Below, in pieces: positions 1 to 8,904 of a stretch of DNA of 42,492 bases. The notes under the pieces are model-generated. The model had not been told where the DNA came from and did not search any database. It saw only the letters and a program-made list of their open reading frames with translations. The stretch lies in the NCBI GenBank assembly GCA_030018575.1, contig JASEIA010000001.1:1-42492 (forward strand), given 5' to 3'. Numbering within the stretch: position 1 is the stretch's first letter; every line of letters starts with the position of its first letter. Source of the DNA: Nanobdellota archaeon (GTDB taxonomy: Archaea > Nanobdellota > Nanobdellia > SCGC-AAA011-G17 > GW2011-AR17). Both the position numbers and the translations under genes were made by a program.

Positions 1-54
1 TTATCTGATGGATAATTCGGTTCAAAATGTCATATATCCCACAGAATTATCCAT
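1..54. repeat. Twin-hairpin element copy 1 (truncated by window edge)
   Basis: TTATCTG ATGGATAATTC-N25-GAATTATCCAT; same arms as 11530-11619 and 40910-41000. Confidence 0.85.
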
Positions 55-57
55 AGA

Positions 58-153
58 ATGGATGCAATGATTGCAGGCATGATGAAAAGAAGGATTGAAA
101 AGTATAAGGCAATAGCGGGGAAGCTGTTGAAGAAGGAAGCGTTGAGCAATTAA
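58..153 (+). CDS. Possible 31-aa basic peptide (MDAMIAGMMKRRIEKYKAIAGKLLKKEALSN)
   Basis: Short open frame starting 3 nt after the hairpin; no recognisable homology. Confidence 0.25.
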   Translation: MDAMIAGMMKRRIEKYKAIAGKLLKKEALSN

Positions 154-497
154 TCAGCCTTGCCAAGAAAATGAAGTAAGAGCAGGAGAGGGGCAAGAAA
201 ACAGGCTTAAGCGAGGAAGAAATTGCGTTCTATGATGCTCTTGTTGACCATGATGGGAACCAGAAAGTAATGGAAGATGAAATATTAATGAAGATTGCCA
301 GAGAGCTTGTGGAAAGCATACACAAGAGCGTAACAATTGACTGGGCAATGAAAGAAAATGTCCAGGCAGAGATGAGAGTGAAAATAAAGAAGATTCTCAG
401 AAAATACGGCTACCCGCCTGACAAACAAGAGAAAGCAACACTTACAGTTATTGAACAAGCAAAGCTTTTATGCAAAGACTTGGCGAATAATCATTAA
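141..497 (+). pseudogene. hsdR: Type I restriction enzyme R subunit C-terminal (DUF3387-like) remnant
   Basis: EQLISLAKKMK*EQERGKKTGLSEEEIAFYDAL...TIDWAMKENVQAEMRVKIKKILRKYGYPPDKQE matches HsdR C-termini; in-frame TAA at 177-179; no helicase part. Confidence 0.8.
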
Positions 498-510
498 AAC
501 TTTTTGCTTG

Positions 511-600
511 CCCGAAAAGCGAATGCTTTGAGGGACTGGCGAAGCCATTCTCATATGGGCGCATTGCGCTCATCCGCTTTCTGAATGCAATCTTTATATA
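511..600 (+). repeat. Triple-hairpin intergenic element followed by TATA box
   Basis: AAAGC-gaat-GCTTT, TGGC-gaa-GCCA, ATGGGCGCA-t-TGCGCTCAT, then GCAATCTTTATATA; same architecture at 20152-20252. Confidence 0.6.
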
Positions 601-623
601 GTTTTATCTATTAGCTATTCCAT

Positions 624-1292
624 ATGCAAGCTATTTACAATAAATTGTTTAAGAATTACGGGAAACAAGGCTGGTGGCCTTTATCCAAAGGGGGTTTGAA
701 TACTAAGCATCACAATGGGAATCCTTCTTCTGACAAGGATAAGTTTGAAATAATTGCCGGTGCTATTCTGACCCAAAACACTTCATGGACTAATGTTGAA
801 AAAGCTGTTTTTAATCTGAATAAGGCGAATATGCTTTCTGCAGATAAATTAAGAAAGGCGCCTTTGAAGAAAATTTCAGCTTTGATTAAGCCTGCAGGGT
901 ACTACAATCAGAAAGCCGAAAGATTGAAGATAATTGCTGATTATTTCCTGAAGAATAAGGAAGTTTTCCTTAAAGATGCTAAAGCTTTAAGGGAAGAATT
1001 GCTGAACGTGATTGGCATTGGGCCTGAAACGGCTGATAGCATTGTCCTGTATGCTTTTGAAAAGCCGTCATTTGTGATAGACGCCTATACAAGAAGAATA
1101 TTCTCGCGTTTGGGAATTTGCAAAGAGAATGATAAATACGAAGAAATACAGCAAAAGTTTGAAAAGCGGCTGCCTTCTGATGTTGATTTGTTCAAGGAAT
1201 ACCACGCATTGATTGTTGAGCACGCGAAAAGGCACTGCAGGAAGAAGCCTGTTTGTGAAAAGTGTATTCTAAGAAAAAAGTGCACTTATTGA
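624..1292 (+). CDS. Endonuclease III-related HhH-GPD DNA glycosylase with 4Fe-4S cluster
   Basis: GAILTQNTSW, LLNVIGIGPETAD HhH, FVIDAY, C-terminal CxxxxxCxxC motif. Confidence 0.9.
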   Translation: MQAIYNKLFKNYGKQGWWPLSKGGLNTKHHNGNPSSDKDKFEIIAGAILTQNTSWTNVEKAVFNLNKANMLSADKLRKAPLKKISALIKPAGYYNQKAERLKIIADYFLKNKEVFLKDAKALREELLNVIGIGPETADSIVLYAFEKPSFVIDAYTRRIFSRLGICKENDKYEEIQQKFEKRLPSDVDLFKEYHALIVEHAKRHCRKKPVCEKCILRKKCTY

Positions 1293-1765
1293 CTATCTTC
1301 CAAAACAGCCTTCGCGCCGGCATTCAGCCTTCTTTCCTTTGGCGTGAAGTTCAGAATCCTTTCTTCCTTGTAAGCGCCTGAGCCGTAGAAGTCATTTTTG
1401 TGTTTTACAATCACAAAGCCGTGCAAGTTTCTTTCCCCTGTTTCAATGTTCCTGCCTTCCATCCACTCGTCCCTCTGCTTCTCATCCATCTCAAAAACAT
1501 TCTTGCTTGGCTTGATTAATTGCGAGCCTTCAATAGTCGGCCTTAAGCCGCCATTCTCTTTTTTGCAGAAATAAAGCCCTAAATTGTTTATCCTTAGCTT
1601 GCTCTGGTCTATCTCGCCGAACTTTCGGGAAATCAAATATATCTTCCCGCCGCCGCCCTCAATCATCGCCTCTTTTATATCAGCCTTCATTCCAAACTGC
1701 TCTTTTAATTCAGCAAGAATCCCCTTTACTTCCCTTGTGTTCAGGATTTTGCAGTTGTATTTCAT
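1286..1765 (-). CDS. NIP7/RsmF-C-like PUA RNA-binding protein
   Basis: INNLGLYF..RPTIEGSQLI..WMEG..ILNFTPKERR pattern. Confidence 0.65.
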   Translation of the reverse strand: MKYNCKILNTREVKGILAELKEQFGMKADIKEAMIEGGGGKIYLISRKFGEIDQSKLRINNLGLYFCKKENGGLRPTIEGSQLIKPSKNVFEMDEKQRDEWMEGRNIETGERNLHGFVIVKHKNDFYGSGAYKEERILNFTPKERRLNAGAKAVLEDSQ

Positions 1766-2757
1766 ATTGCCTCCTTCAGGAATTGTAAAGTTACTCCGTG
1801 TTCTATATCAAATGTATTTGCCTCATACAGCAGCGTGCGCCTTTTAGTCCTGTAGCTAAGCTCGCCGTTAACCTGGTACCTGACTGGTTTTTCAGAGCTG
1901 ATGTGCAGCGAGCTTGCCAGCGTGTCAAGATTCTCTCCTTCAAGAGGCCAGCCAAAATAGATTCTTGCGAGTGTTGGAATTTTCATAAGCTCTTCAAGTT
2001 CAGATGTAACGCCCCTTGCATGAAATTGGCCCGCGCTTTTATTGCCATCCTGCACCCTGTAAAAAGTTTCTGACCACGGAATCCCTATGGATCTTATAGT
2101 CTGCGCCATCAGCGCAAGGTAATTGCCTTCGTAATGCTGCTCCGCCCCGCTTACATCCGCAGCAACCTTCATTTCGGTTTTCTGGTTGAACATGCGGTAA
2201 TACCCCCCGTCGTGTATCATTGAGGAATACAGTCTGCCCATCACAAAGGCAACTCCTGCCCAGCCCAGCCTCTTGCGCTTGTATACTTCCTCAAGCAATG
2301 TAACAACGGCTCCTGTACCAAAGCTGAAGCAGTAGCTTTCAATGCCGTTGTTGTCTTCTACCTTCAAGAAATCAATGGGTTGTTTATCAATGCCTTCCCG
2401 GCTTATTATCCGCATGATGTAATCTCTTACCTTTTTCTTCCTGACACGGCACTGCCTTGCGAGAACATTAAACCTTCCGCCGCGCAGAAGACCTATATCC
2501 GGGTACCCCTCTGCTTCAGGCCAATATTTCTTGAGAAAACCGACAAACCTGCACACGCCTCCGTCCCCTGTGTCAAGTATGACGTTTTTTGGATGATAAC
2601 GCTTGTATAAATCCCCCACAACTGCTTCAAGGTGCTCTACTGATTTCGTTGCAAGCACTTCTCCATCGTCTCCGACAATTCTCTTGAATCCCCTTATTCT
2701 GAAGCGGTTCCTTATGTTTTTCCACGAGTTCATATTGCTGATAATTACTGTTGACAT
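1762..2757 (-). CDS. Diacylglycerol/lipid kinase family protein (divergent)
   Basis: VIISNMNS, GDGG, GGRFN, FSFGTG, YQVNGE motifs; start moved to ATG 2757, about 25 nt downstream of a TTTATATAT box. Confidence 0.7.
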   Translation of the reverse strand: MSTVIISNMNSWKNIRNRFRIRGFKRIVGDDGEVLATKSVEHLEAVVGDLYKRYHPKNVILDTGDGGVCRFVGFLKKYWPEAEGYPDIGLLRGGRFNVLARQCRVRKKKVRDYIMRIISREGIDKQPIDFLKVEDNNGIESYCFSFGTGAVVTLLEEVYKRKRLGWAGVAFVMGRLYSSMIHDGGYYRMFNQKTEMKVAADVSGAEQHYEGNYLALMAQTIRSIGIPWSETFYRVQDGNKSAGQFHARGVTSELEELMKIPTLARIYFGWPLEGENLDTLASSLHISSEKPVRYQVNGELSYRTKRRTLLYEANTFDIEHGVTLQFLKEAI

Positions 2758-2853
2758 TTCCTGTTTCCAGAAACCGAAGGGATATATAAAGCCTTTGGAA
2801 GAAAACAGGCTTGCGCAGAAACGCTTAAAAACCAGCGCGATATTCATTTTCTT

Positions 2854-3480
2854 ATGCACAAGCTTGACAACACAATGCCCCCATGGTTTGACATATCCCT
2901 GCTTGATATTTATAATAAAAAAAGGGATAGGTCAAGGATAAGAAAAAGGGACAGGACTTTGGACGGAATACTCAGGGGGATTATGAAATGCGTGCCAAGG
3001 GAGATTTCCCATGTGAATACGCACTATCATTCATGGCTTGACATAGAGCAGATGATAAAGGAAGTTTGCGTCGGCATTCAGGAAGACAGCTACAAACCAT
3101 CGCTTGTTGTCGGCATAAAAAGCGGAGGCGCTTTCTTTGCAAGATATTTTGCAATGTGCCTTGAGGTTAATGATGTTGACTACATGCGCGTTTCGCATTA
3201 TTCTGACAAGACAAGAAGCGTTGCGCGCTCCATTACCCGGGTTAATAAGAATGCTGTTGTAAGCGAGAAAAACACACTGCCTGTTGAAGGCAGAGCTATA
3301 CTCCTTGTTGACGACCAGGCAGCAACAGGCTCAAGCCTGATTGCGGGAAAAGATTATCTTTTGAAACAGGGCGCAAGCGAAGTGAGGACAGTGTGCCTTT
3401 TTTCAAAGAAGGGGCATCTTGCGGACTATTATGCAAAGCGAGGGCTTGCAGTCTATTTCCCTTGGGGCAAGGACGCGTAA
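2854..3480 (+). CDS. Type I phosphoribosyltransferase
   Basis: VVGIKSGG; ILLVDDQAATGSSL PRPP-binding loop; YFPW. Confidence 0.8.
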   Translation: MHKLDNTMPPWFDISLLDIYNKKRDRSRIRKRDRTLDGILRGIMKCVPREISHVNTHYHSWLDIEQMIKEVCVGIQEDSYKPSLVVGIKSGGAFFARYFAMCLEVNDVDYMRVSHYSDKTRSVARSITRVNKNAVVSEKNTLPVEGRAILLVDDQAATGSSLIAGKDYLLKQGASEVRTVCLFSKKGHLADYYAKRGLAVYFPWGKDA

Positions 3481-3524
3481 AACATGCAAAAGTTAATAAA
3501 TGATAATTTTATTCTCTTTCACGC

Positions 3525-4001
3525 ATGGCTGTAAAAACTTTGATATGGGATGTAAAAGAACTTGCAAAAGCCCTGAAGATAAAAGAGGAAGATGTTAAGC
3601 TGTATTTTACAGACGGAAGAAGGGTTTCTTTCTTAATAGAGCGGAGGATAGCTTATGAAATTATTGGAGGCACTCTTGCTGGAAGTGAAGGCGCGGGTTA
3701 TGATCTCATAGACAAAGAGGGAGACAAATGGGAAGTTAGAAGCATAAGCAAAGGGGGCATATACTTTTGCCCAAGTTATATGGTCGGTTCAGGCAGAGAG
3801 TTTGAGGAAGTTGGTTTCTTGAACAAAATAAAAGAAATTAAGGGGTATATATTAGCTGATATAACTGCTTTTCCAAATGTTCCATTTTGGATAATTCCTA
3901 AAGATATAGTGATGAAATGGTGGAATCAAGGAAAATTAGGTAAAAATTCCAAGGTAAGCAGGGATAAAGCTTTACAGCTAATTGAAGAAGCAAAATTATA
4001 G
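3525..4001 (+). CDS. Putative restriction endonuclease (PD-(D/E)xK-like)
   Basis: E...GYDLIDKEGDKWEVRS resembles the catalytic core; lies directly upstream of a DNA MTase. Confidence 0.5.
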   Translation: MAVKTLIWDVKELAKALKIKEEDVKLYFTDGRRVSFLIERRIAYEIIGGTLAGSEGAGYDLIDKEGDKWEVRSISKGGIYFCPSYMVGSGREFEEVGFLNKIKEIKGYILADITAFPNVPFWIIPKDIVMKWWNQGKLGKNSKVSRDKALQLIEEAKL

Positions 4002-4122
4002 AAAATCAGATAAAATTTCGGATTAACCGATAATTTTTCTAAGGTTTTTGAAAACTTTTCAAAATCAAACGATAAGTTTAAAAGATAAGCTATAATCATC
4101 TCATTAAGGAGAAAGAGGCGAA

Positions 4123-5355
4123 ATGGCATATCTGGAAGTAGACAAAGTAAAAGAATTTCTTAAAGAGTTTACTCTGGATAATACAGATTCCAAAACGATA
4201 ATTGATAGTGTTAAAGTTGGCAATGGGGAGATTACAAGATTTATCAATGAATTTTGGACATCAAAGCAAAGGCAGGCTTCTAGTATACACGAAGTATCTT
4301 ATAGGGCTTGCTTCAAACCGCAATTGCCTCGATTCTTTATTGAATTACTTACGGAAAAAGGCGATAAGGTCTATGATCCCTTTAGCGGAAGAGGCACAAC
4401 TGTGATTGAGGCAGGAATCTTGGGCCGCAAGGTTATTGCGAATGATATTAATCCTTTAAGCCAGATACTTTCAAAACCTCGTTTCTTTATACCGCAGTTA
4501 GGATTAGTCAAAAAAAGGCTAGATGAGATTCAAAGAGATGGCAATCTAAAAGCAGAGAAGGATTTATCTATGTTTTATAATCAACAAACTGAATCGGAAA
4601 TACTTGCGCTTAAAAATTCTCTTAAATCAGATTTGACTGCTGAAAATTATATTGATATGTGGATTAGGATGGTTGCTACAAATAGGTTGACGGGGCATTC
4701 TCCTGGTTTTTTTTCAGTATATACGCTGCCGCCTAACCAAGCCGTAACACCAGAGAATCAAATAAAAATAAATAAAAAAAGGAATCAGGCGCCTCCTTAT
4801 CGTGATACACATAAATTAATTCTTAAAAAGACAAGAGATTTAATCAAAGATTTGAGTGATGAAGAAAAAATCCAATTACAGGAAGCAGGACAAACCGCTA
4901 TTTTCCTGCAAAATGATGCAAGGCAAGTTCCTGAAATAGAAACAGAAAGTGTGCAATTAACGGTAACATCACCTCCTTTTTTAGATATCGTCCAATACTC
5001 AAAAGATAACTGGTTGCGCTGTTGGTTTAATAATATAGACTCTAAAAATGCAGAATCCAAGATTACAATGTCAAAAACGTTAGAACAATGGGCGAATGTA
5101 ATGGGCAATGTTTTCAAAGAGTTATATCGTATTACAAACCCCCGGGGCTGGGTGGCTTTTGAAGTCGGAGAAGTAAGAAAGGGCACGATAAAATTAGATG
5201 AAGCAGTTGTTCCATTGGGTTTGAATGCAGGATTTAAATGTATAGGAATTGTAATAAATCAGCAAGAGTTCACGAAAACAGCCAATATTTGGGGCGTAAG
5301 CAATAATTCCTGCGGCACAAATACAAACAGGATTGTTCTATTTTTCAAAGAATAA
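4123..5355 (+). CDS. Amino (probably N4-cytosine) DNA methyltransferase
   Basis: Motif I DPFSGRGTT followed by motif IV TSPPF (alpha order); visibly AT-rich. Confidence 0.85.
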   Translation: MAYLEVDKVKEFLKEFTLDNTDSKTIIDSVKVGNGEITRFINEFWTSKQRQASSIHEVSYRACFKPQLPRFFIELLTEKGDKVYDPFSGRGTTVIEAGILGRKVIANDINPLSQILSKPRFFIPQLGLVKKRLDEIQRDGNLKAEKDLSMFYNQQTESEILALKNSLKSDLTAENYIDMWIRMVATNRLTGHSPGFFSVYTLPPNQAVTPENQIKINKKRNQAPPYRDTHKLILKKTRDLIKDLSDEEKIQLQEAGQTAIFLQNDARQVPEIETESVQLTVTSPPFLDIVQYSKDNWLRCWFNNIDSKNAESKITMSKTLEQWANVMGNVFKELYRITNPRGWVAFEVGEVRKGTIKLDEAVVPLGLNAGFKCIGIVINQQEFTKTANIWGVSNNSCGTNTNRIVLFFKE

Positions 5356-5399
5356 AATTGGAAAGAATAGCGCGGTCATTTGGAGCGCGCTTCCAATTA

Positions 5400-5525
5400 T
5401 AGCGGGAGGTGGATTTGAATTCGGCAGCGGCTCTTTCCACACCGCTTCCACCGACCTATGGGTTACCTACAAAGCATAAGCCTTGATATGGGCCCATCGG
5501 GCACTCCTGACTGCCCCATCCCGCT
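5400..5525 (-). tRNA. Initiator tRNA-Met(CAT) with two introns (37/38 at 5464-5486; 53/54 at 5420-5447)
   Basis: A1:U72 AGCGGGA/TCCCGCT acceptor, three G:C pairs in the anticodon stem, TTCAAAT T-loop; both insertions fold as BHB-like motifs. Confidence 0.9.
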
Positions 5526-5584
5526 GAGGTTTATGATTAAGTCTTATGCTTATAAAGGTTTCGACGTCGTGCTATAAAAAAGAA

Positions 5585-5950
5585 TCATCTCTGCTTCATC
5601 AACGGAAGCTCAAACAAAGTATTCCTCTTTATTTCCAGGAATGTCACAAACTTCACAGGCGCTTCTTCCTTGTTTGTATTTAATTCAGAAGCAAGGCTTA
5701 CTGCATACTCTCCCCTGAAAAGCTTGATTTCCGCAATGCCGTTTGCATCTGCTTTTACAACTTTTTCAGGCTTTCCCTCAAAATCGCTCTTGTCCCAAAT
5801 CCAGACTTCTGCGCCTGAAAGCGGATTGTAATCGCTTCCTGTCACAGTCACCTTAAGCGTCCCGCGCGGAAAATAGTACATTGAAATGAGCAATATAACG
5901 GCAAATAATGCAATCCCCCCTATTAACTGCCTCTTTCTCAAGCTGTCCAT
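5585..5950 (-). CDS. Membrane-anchored protein with carboxypeptidase-regulatory-like beta domain
   Basis: N-terminal TM helix; GTLKVTV..PLSGAEV..ADANG.A...GEYAV. Confidence 0.6.
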   Translation of the reverse strand: MDSLRKRQLIGGIALFAVILLISMYYFPRGTLKVTVTGSDYNPLSGAEVWIWDKSDFEGKPEKVVKADANGIAEIKLFRGEYAVSLASELNTNKEEAPVKFVTFLEIKRNTLFELPLMKQR

Positions 5951-6076
5951 AGCACTAATACAATGATGAATCATTTAAATAAATTTGCTTTTCCTCAGCA
6001 CTTATTCAATAATGGCTACTGCGAAACATTTTTAAACCACCTTAACATAATTATAGTATCAATTGGAGGTGCATTT

Positions 6077-6481
6077 ATGGGACTTTTTTCAAAAAAGAAA
6101 GAACCTGAAGTCAAGACCGAACTACCGCCATTAAAGTTTCCAGAGCTTCCGCCGGAAGAGCATGAGCCCACTTCAGCAGAAACAGAAGCGCTAAAGCAGG
6201 CAGTTTCGCCGGTTTCAATGCCGCCTGTGTCAATGCCAAGAGAGGCATCCAGGTCTGAGCAAAGCGAGGAAAAGCCTTTGTTCGTTAAGGTTGAGAAATA
6301 CAGGGAAGTAATGGTTACTCTTAATGAGCTTAAGAACAAGCTCAAGGATGCAGGCGACCTGCTTGTTGAGCTCAACAAGATCAAGGAGCAGGAAGAGAGA
6401 GAATTGTCTGCATGGCAGGATGACCTGAATGCCATCAAGGAAAAACTGATTAACATTGACAGGACGCTGTTTGAGCTTTAA
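6077..6481 (+). CDS. Hypothetical coiled-coil protein
   Basis: GGAGGTG RBS before ATG 6077; Pro-rich N-terminus, PLFVKVEKY, coiled coil. Confidence 0.7.
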   Translation: MGLFSKKKEPEVKTELPPLKFPELPPEEHEPTSAETEALKQAVSPVSMPPVSMPREASRSEQSEEKPLFVKVEKYREVMVTLNELKNKLKDAGDLLVELNKIKEQEERELSAWQDDLNAIKEKLINIDRTLFEL

Positions 6482-6492
6482 GGTGCAAATAA

Positions 6493-6939
6493 ATGGCGAT
6501 AAAAAAGAAGCCCCGTGAAAAGCCGGATGAGAGCATCCACGTAAGGCTTGACAATCCAACGCTGATAAGGAAAGAGAACTTGTCGCTTGCGATTGACATA
6601 ATCGGGCTTCTGAAGCGCTATTATGAATATCTTGAGATAAAGAAGCAGAAAGACGGGCTTATGAGGCTCCTGAGGGCTGACATTGCCGAAATCAAGAGGC
6701 TTACAAAGGAGCTTGTCGTCGAGGAGATGCCTGTTTCCATGAACAAGATTTTGTCTGCAGAGCAGAAAACAGAAGCCATTGCGCAGAAGGGAGAACTGCC
6801 TCCTTTGGAGCCCAAAGAGGAGAAGAAAAAAGAAGCGCCCAAACCTGCAAAGCCGCAGCTGCCAAAGCCTGCTTCAAAGCCAAAAGACAAGCTTGAGACA
6901 GAGCTTGAAGAGCTAAAGAACATGATTTCAAAGATGTAG
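6493..6939 (+). CDS. Hypothetical protein
   Basis: AGGTG RBS, co-oriented with the upstream gene, T-tract terminator after it. Confidence 0.7.
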   Translation: MAIKKKPREKPDESIHVRLDNPTLIRKENLSLAIDIIGLLKRYYEYLEIKKQKDGLMRLLRADIAEIKRLTKELVVEEMPVSMNKILSAEQKTEAIAQKGELPPLEPKEEKKKEAPKPAKPQLPKPASKPKDKLETELEELKNMISKM

Positions 6940-7026
6940 CTCTTTTTTATTTTTTTTATCAAACCTGCTTCATCCAAAAAATATCAAACCAAAACGCTTA
7001 TAAACCCCTCGATTTTCTATTTGCTC

Positions 7027-7221
7027 ATGGCAGTTATTCAGGAGGCTATCATCAAGCTGAAAAGCTTCTTTGTTGAATGCGTGAGGGTTGTCCGCGTGAC
7101 TAAAAAGCCGGACAAGCAGACATACCTGACAACAGTCAAGGTGTCTGCCATGGGCATGGCAATCATAGGGGCTGTGGGCTTTTTGCTTGCACTCATTGTC
7201 ACACTTGCAGGGCTGATTTGA
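7027..7221 (+). CDS. secE: Protein translocase SecE/Sec61-gamma
   Basis: ECVRVVRVTKKP..GMAIIGAVGF TM helix; upstream of spt5. Confidence 0.92.
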   Translation: MAVIQEAIIKLKSFFVECVRVVRVTKKPDKQTYLTTVKVSAMGMAIIGAVGFLLALIVTLAGLI

Positions 7222-7222
7222 A

Positions 7223-7714
7223 ATGGAAGAAGAACAACCGCACTTATTTGCATTGAAGACAACTGCAAACAGGGAAGACCAGGTAGTTGACTTTATACAG
7301 GCTCATGTAAAAAAGAGATGTCTTGATGTTTATTCTATCATAAAGCCGCACAAGATGAGGGGATACATATTTATCGAGGCAAAGGACAGGTCTGCCGCGA
7401 TGGAAGCTTCAAACGGCGTGCCTTATGCAAAAGGGCTTCTTGACAAGGAAGTAAGATATGAGGAAGTTGAGCCCATGCTTGAGCAGGTTAAGGTGCAGAT
7501 GAATGTCCAGATTAATGACATTGTTGAAATTATTTCCGGCCCGTTCAAGAGAGAGAAGGCAAAGGTCACGAGAATTGACCAGCAGAAAGAGGAAATCATT
7601 GTTGAGCTTTTGGAGGCAGCTGTCCCAATCCCTATTACTTTGAAGATGGACTCAGTTAAGGTTATCAGGCGTGAAGGCGAGATTAACGACGAGCCGAAAG
7701 AAGACGAGGATTAG
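7223..7714 (+). CDS. spt5: Transcription elongation factor Spt5/NusG
   Basis: NGN (RGYIFIEA) plus KOW (DIVEIISGPFK). Confidence 0.95.
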   Translation: MEEEQPHLFALKTTANREDQVVDFIQAHVKKRCLDVYSIIKPHKMRGYIFIEAKDRSAAMEASNGVPYAKGLLDKEVRYEEVEPMLEQVKVQMNVQINDIVEIISGPFKREKAKVTRIDQQKEEIIVELLEAAVPIPITLKMDSVKVIRREGEINDEPKEDED

Positions 7715-7757
7715 TTCTTTTTGCTTTCTTGAGTTTATTAGTTTAATATTAATCCAT

Positions 7758-8312
7758 CTACTTTAACAGCTCTGCTATTTCATTCCCCTTGCCTTTTTCT
7801 ATCTCATCCAATGAAAGCCCCTCTAATTCGTGCGGAAAGACAAGCCATTTGTCTGTCTCGTGAATGTAGAAATCAGGCTTTATGCTTGTCTTGTTGTTTT
7901 GCGGCTTGAAATAAACGCTTGCAATCCTTATGTCGGAAGGCATGTTTGCCCTTGACTCCTCTCTCAGCTTTTTTATCAAAGCCTCGATTGTTTTTCCGCT
8001 GTCAAAAACATCATCTATTATTAAAAGCCTGTCTGAATTGTTCGCCCTATTTACAATGTAATCCAGGCCGTGAATCCTTACAATCTCATCAGCTTCCTCT
8101 ATTCCCGTATATCTTGAGGTTCTTGTCGCAATGTGGTCTGCCTTAATGCCTTTTGTTTTCAAAAATTCCTGCACATAGCAGCCTACCGGAGTGCCTCCTC
8201 TCCATAATGCAACCATAAAGCTTGGCTTGAAGCCTGAGTCATAAACCTGCTTTGCAAGCCTGTAAGAATCAAGCTGAAGCTCATCTGCTGTTATGAAAAG
8301 CTTGTCTGCCAT
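7758..8312 (-). CDS. Purine (hypoxanthine/xanthine)-type phosphoribosyltransferase
   Basis: ALWRGG; LLIIDDVFDSGKT; WLVFPHE. Confidence 0.85.
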   Translation of the reverse strand: MADKLFITADELQLDSYRLAKQVYDSGFKPSFMVALWRGGTPVGCYVQEFLKTKGIKADHIATRTSRYTGIEEADEIVRIHGLDYIVNRANNSDRLLIIDDVFDSGKTIEALIKKLREESRANMPSDIRIASVYFKPQNNKTSIKPDFYIHETDKWLVFPHELEGLSLDEIEKGKGNEIAELLK

Positions 8313-8346
8313 AAAGAAGGGATGTATGGCTTGCTTAAATATCTTT

Positions 8347-8904
8347 TTATTTGTTTTTCAAAGAATTCCACATCTGCCTTGTCATCTGCATTACAATCTC
8401 CACCTTGCCGTTGTCAATGTTAGGCCTTTCCATGACTTCCTCAAAGCCTAATTTGCCGTACAGCCTTAATGCGCCTGCATTTTCCTTGTAAAGCCCCAGA
8501 TTGATTATGCTTATTTGCTTTCCAAACAGCTTTTGCTTTTCCTCAAATACGTAATCAAGAAGCATCTTCATTGCCTCTGAGCCGTACCCGCTTTTTGCCT
8601 CGCCTATCATAATAGCAACTTCAGGGCCGCCATTGTCATAATCCTCATAGCCATATCTTAAGCACACGTCTCCAATCATTGTATCATCGCTTTTCCTGAA
8701 TATGCCCCATGTCATGTTGCCTTCGTCTTTTCTCCATTCTGCTATGACTTCCCTGACTTCTTCCAGTGTGTGGGGTTCGTTGCCTGTTCCTGTCAGGACG
8801 TGCTTTGCATTCAGAAGCTCCATGTATCTCTTGTAATACTTCTCCTCGTCAGGAATTCTCGCGAGGTATAACCTCTCTCCGGTAATTGTGTCCAGCGTGT
8901 CCAT
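8347..8904 (-). CDS. GNAT (RimJ/RimL-like) N-acetyltransferase
   Basis: KSGYGSEA and N..A..LY.KLGF acetyl-CoA motifs. Confidence 0.85.
   Translation of the reverse strand: MDTLDTITGERLYLARIPDEEKYYKRYMELLNAKHVLTGTGNEPHTLEEVREVIAEWRKDEGNMTWGIFRKSDDTMIGDVCLRYGYEDYDNGGPEVAIMIGEAKSGYGSEAMKMLLDYVFEEKQKLFGKQISIINLGLYKENAGALRLYGKLGFEEVMERPNIDNGKVEIVMQMTRQMWNSLKNK

Noticed and set aside
3481..5400. tRNA-targeted integrative element carrying the R-M pair
   Set aside because: No integrase, and I found no duplicate of the tRNA 3' end on the far side.
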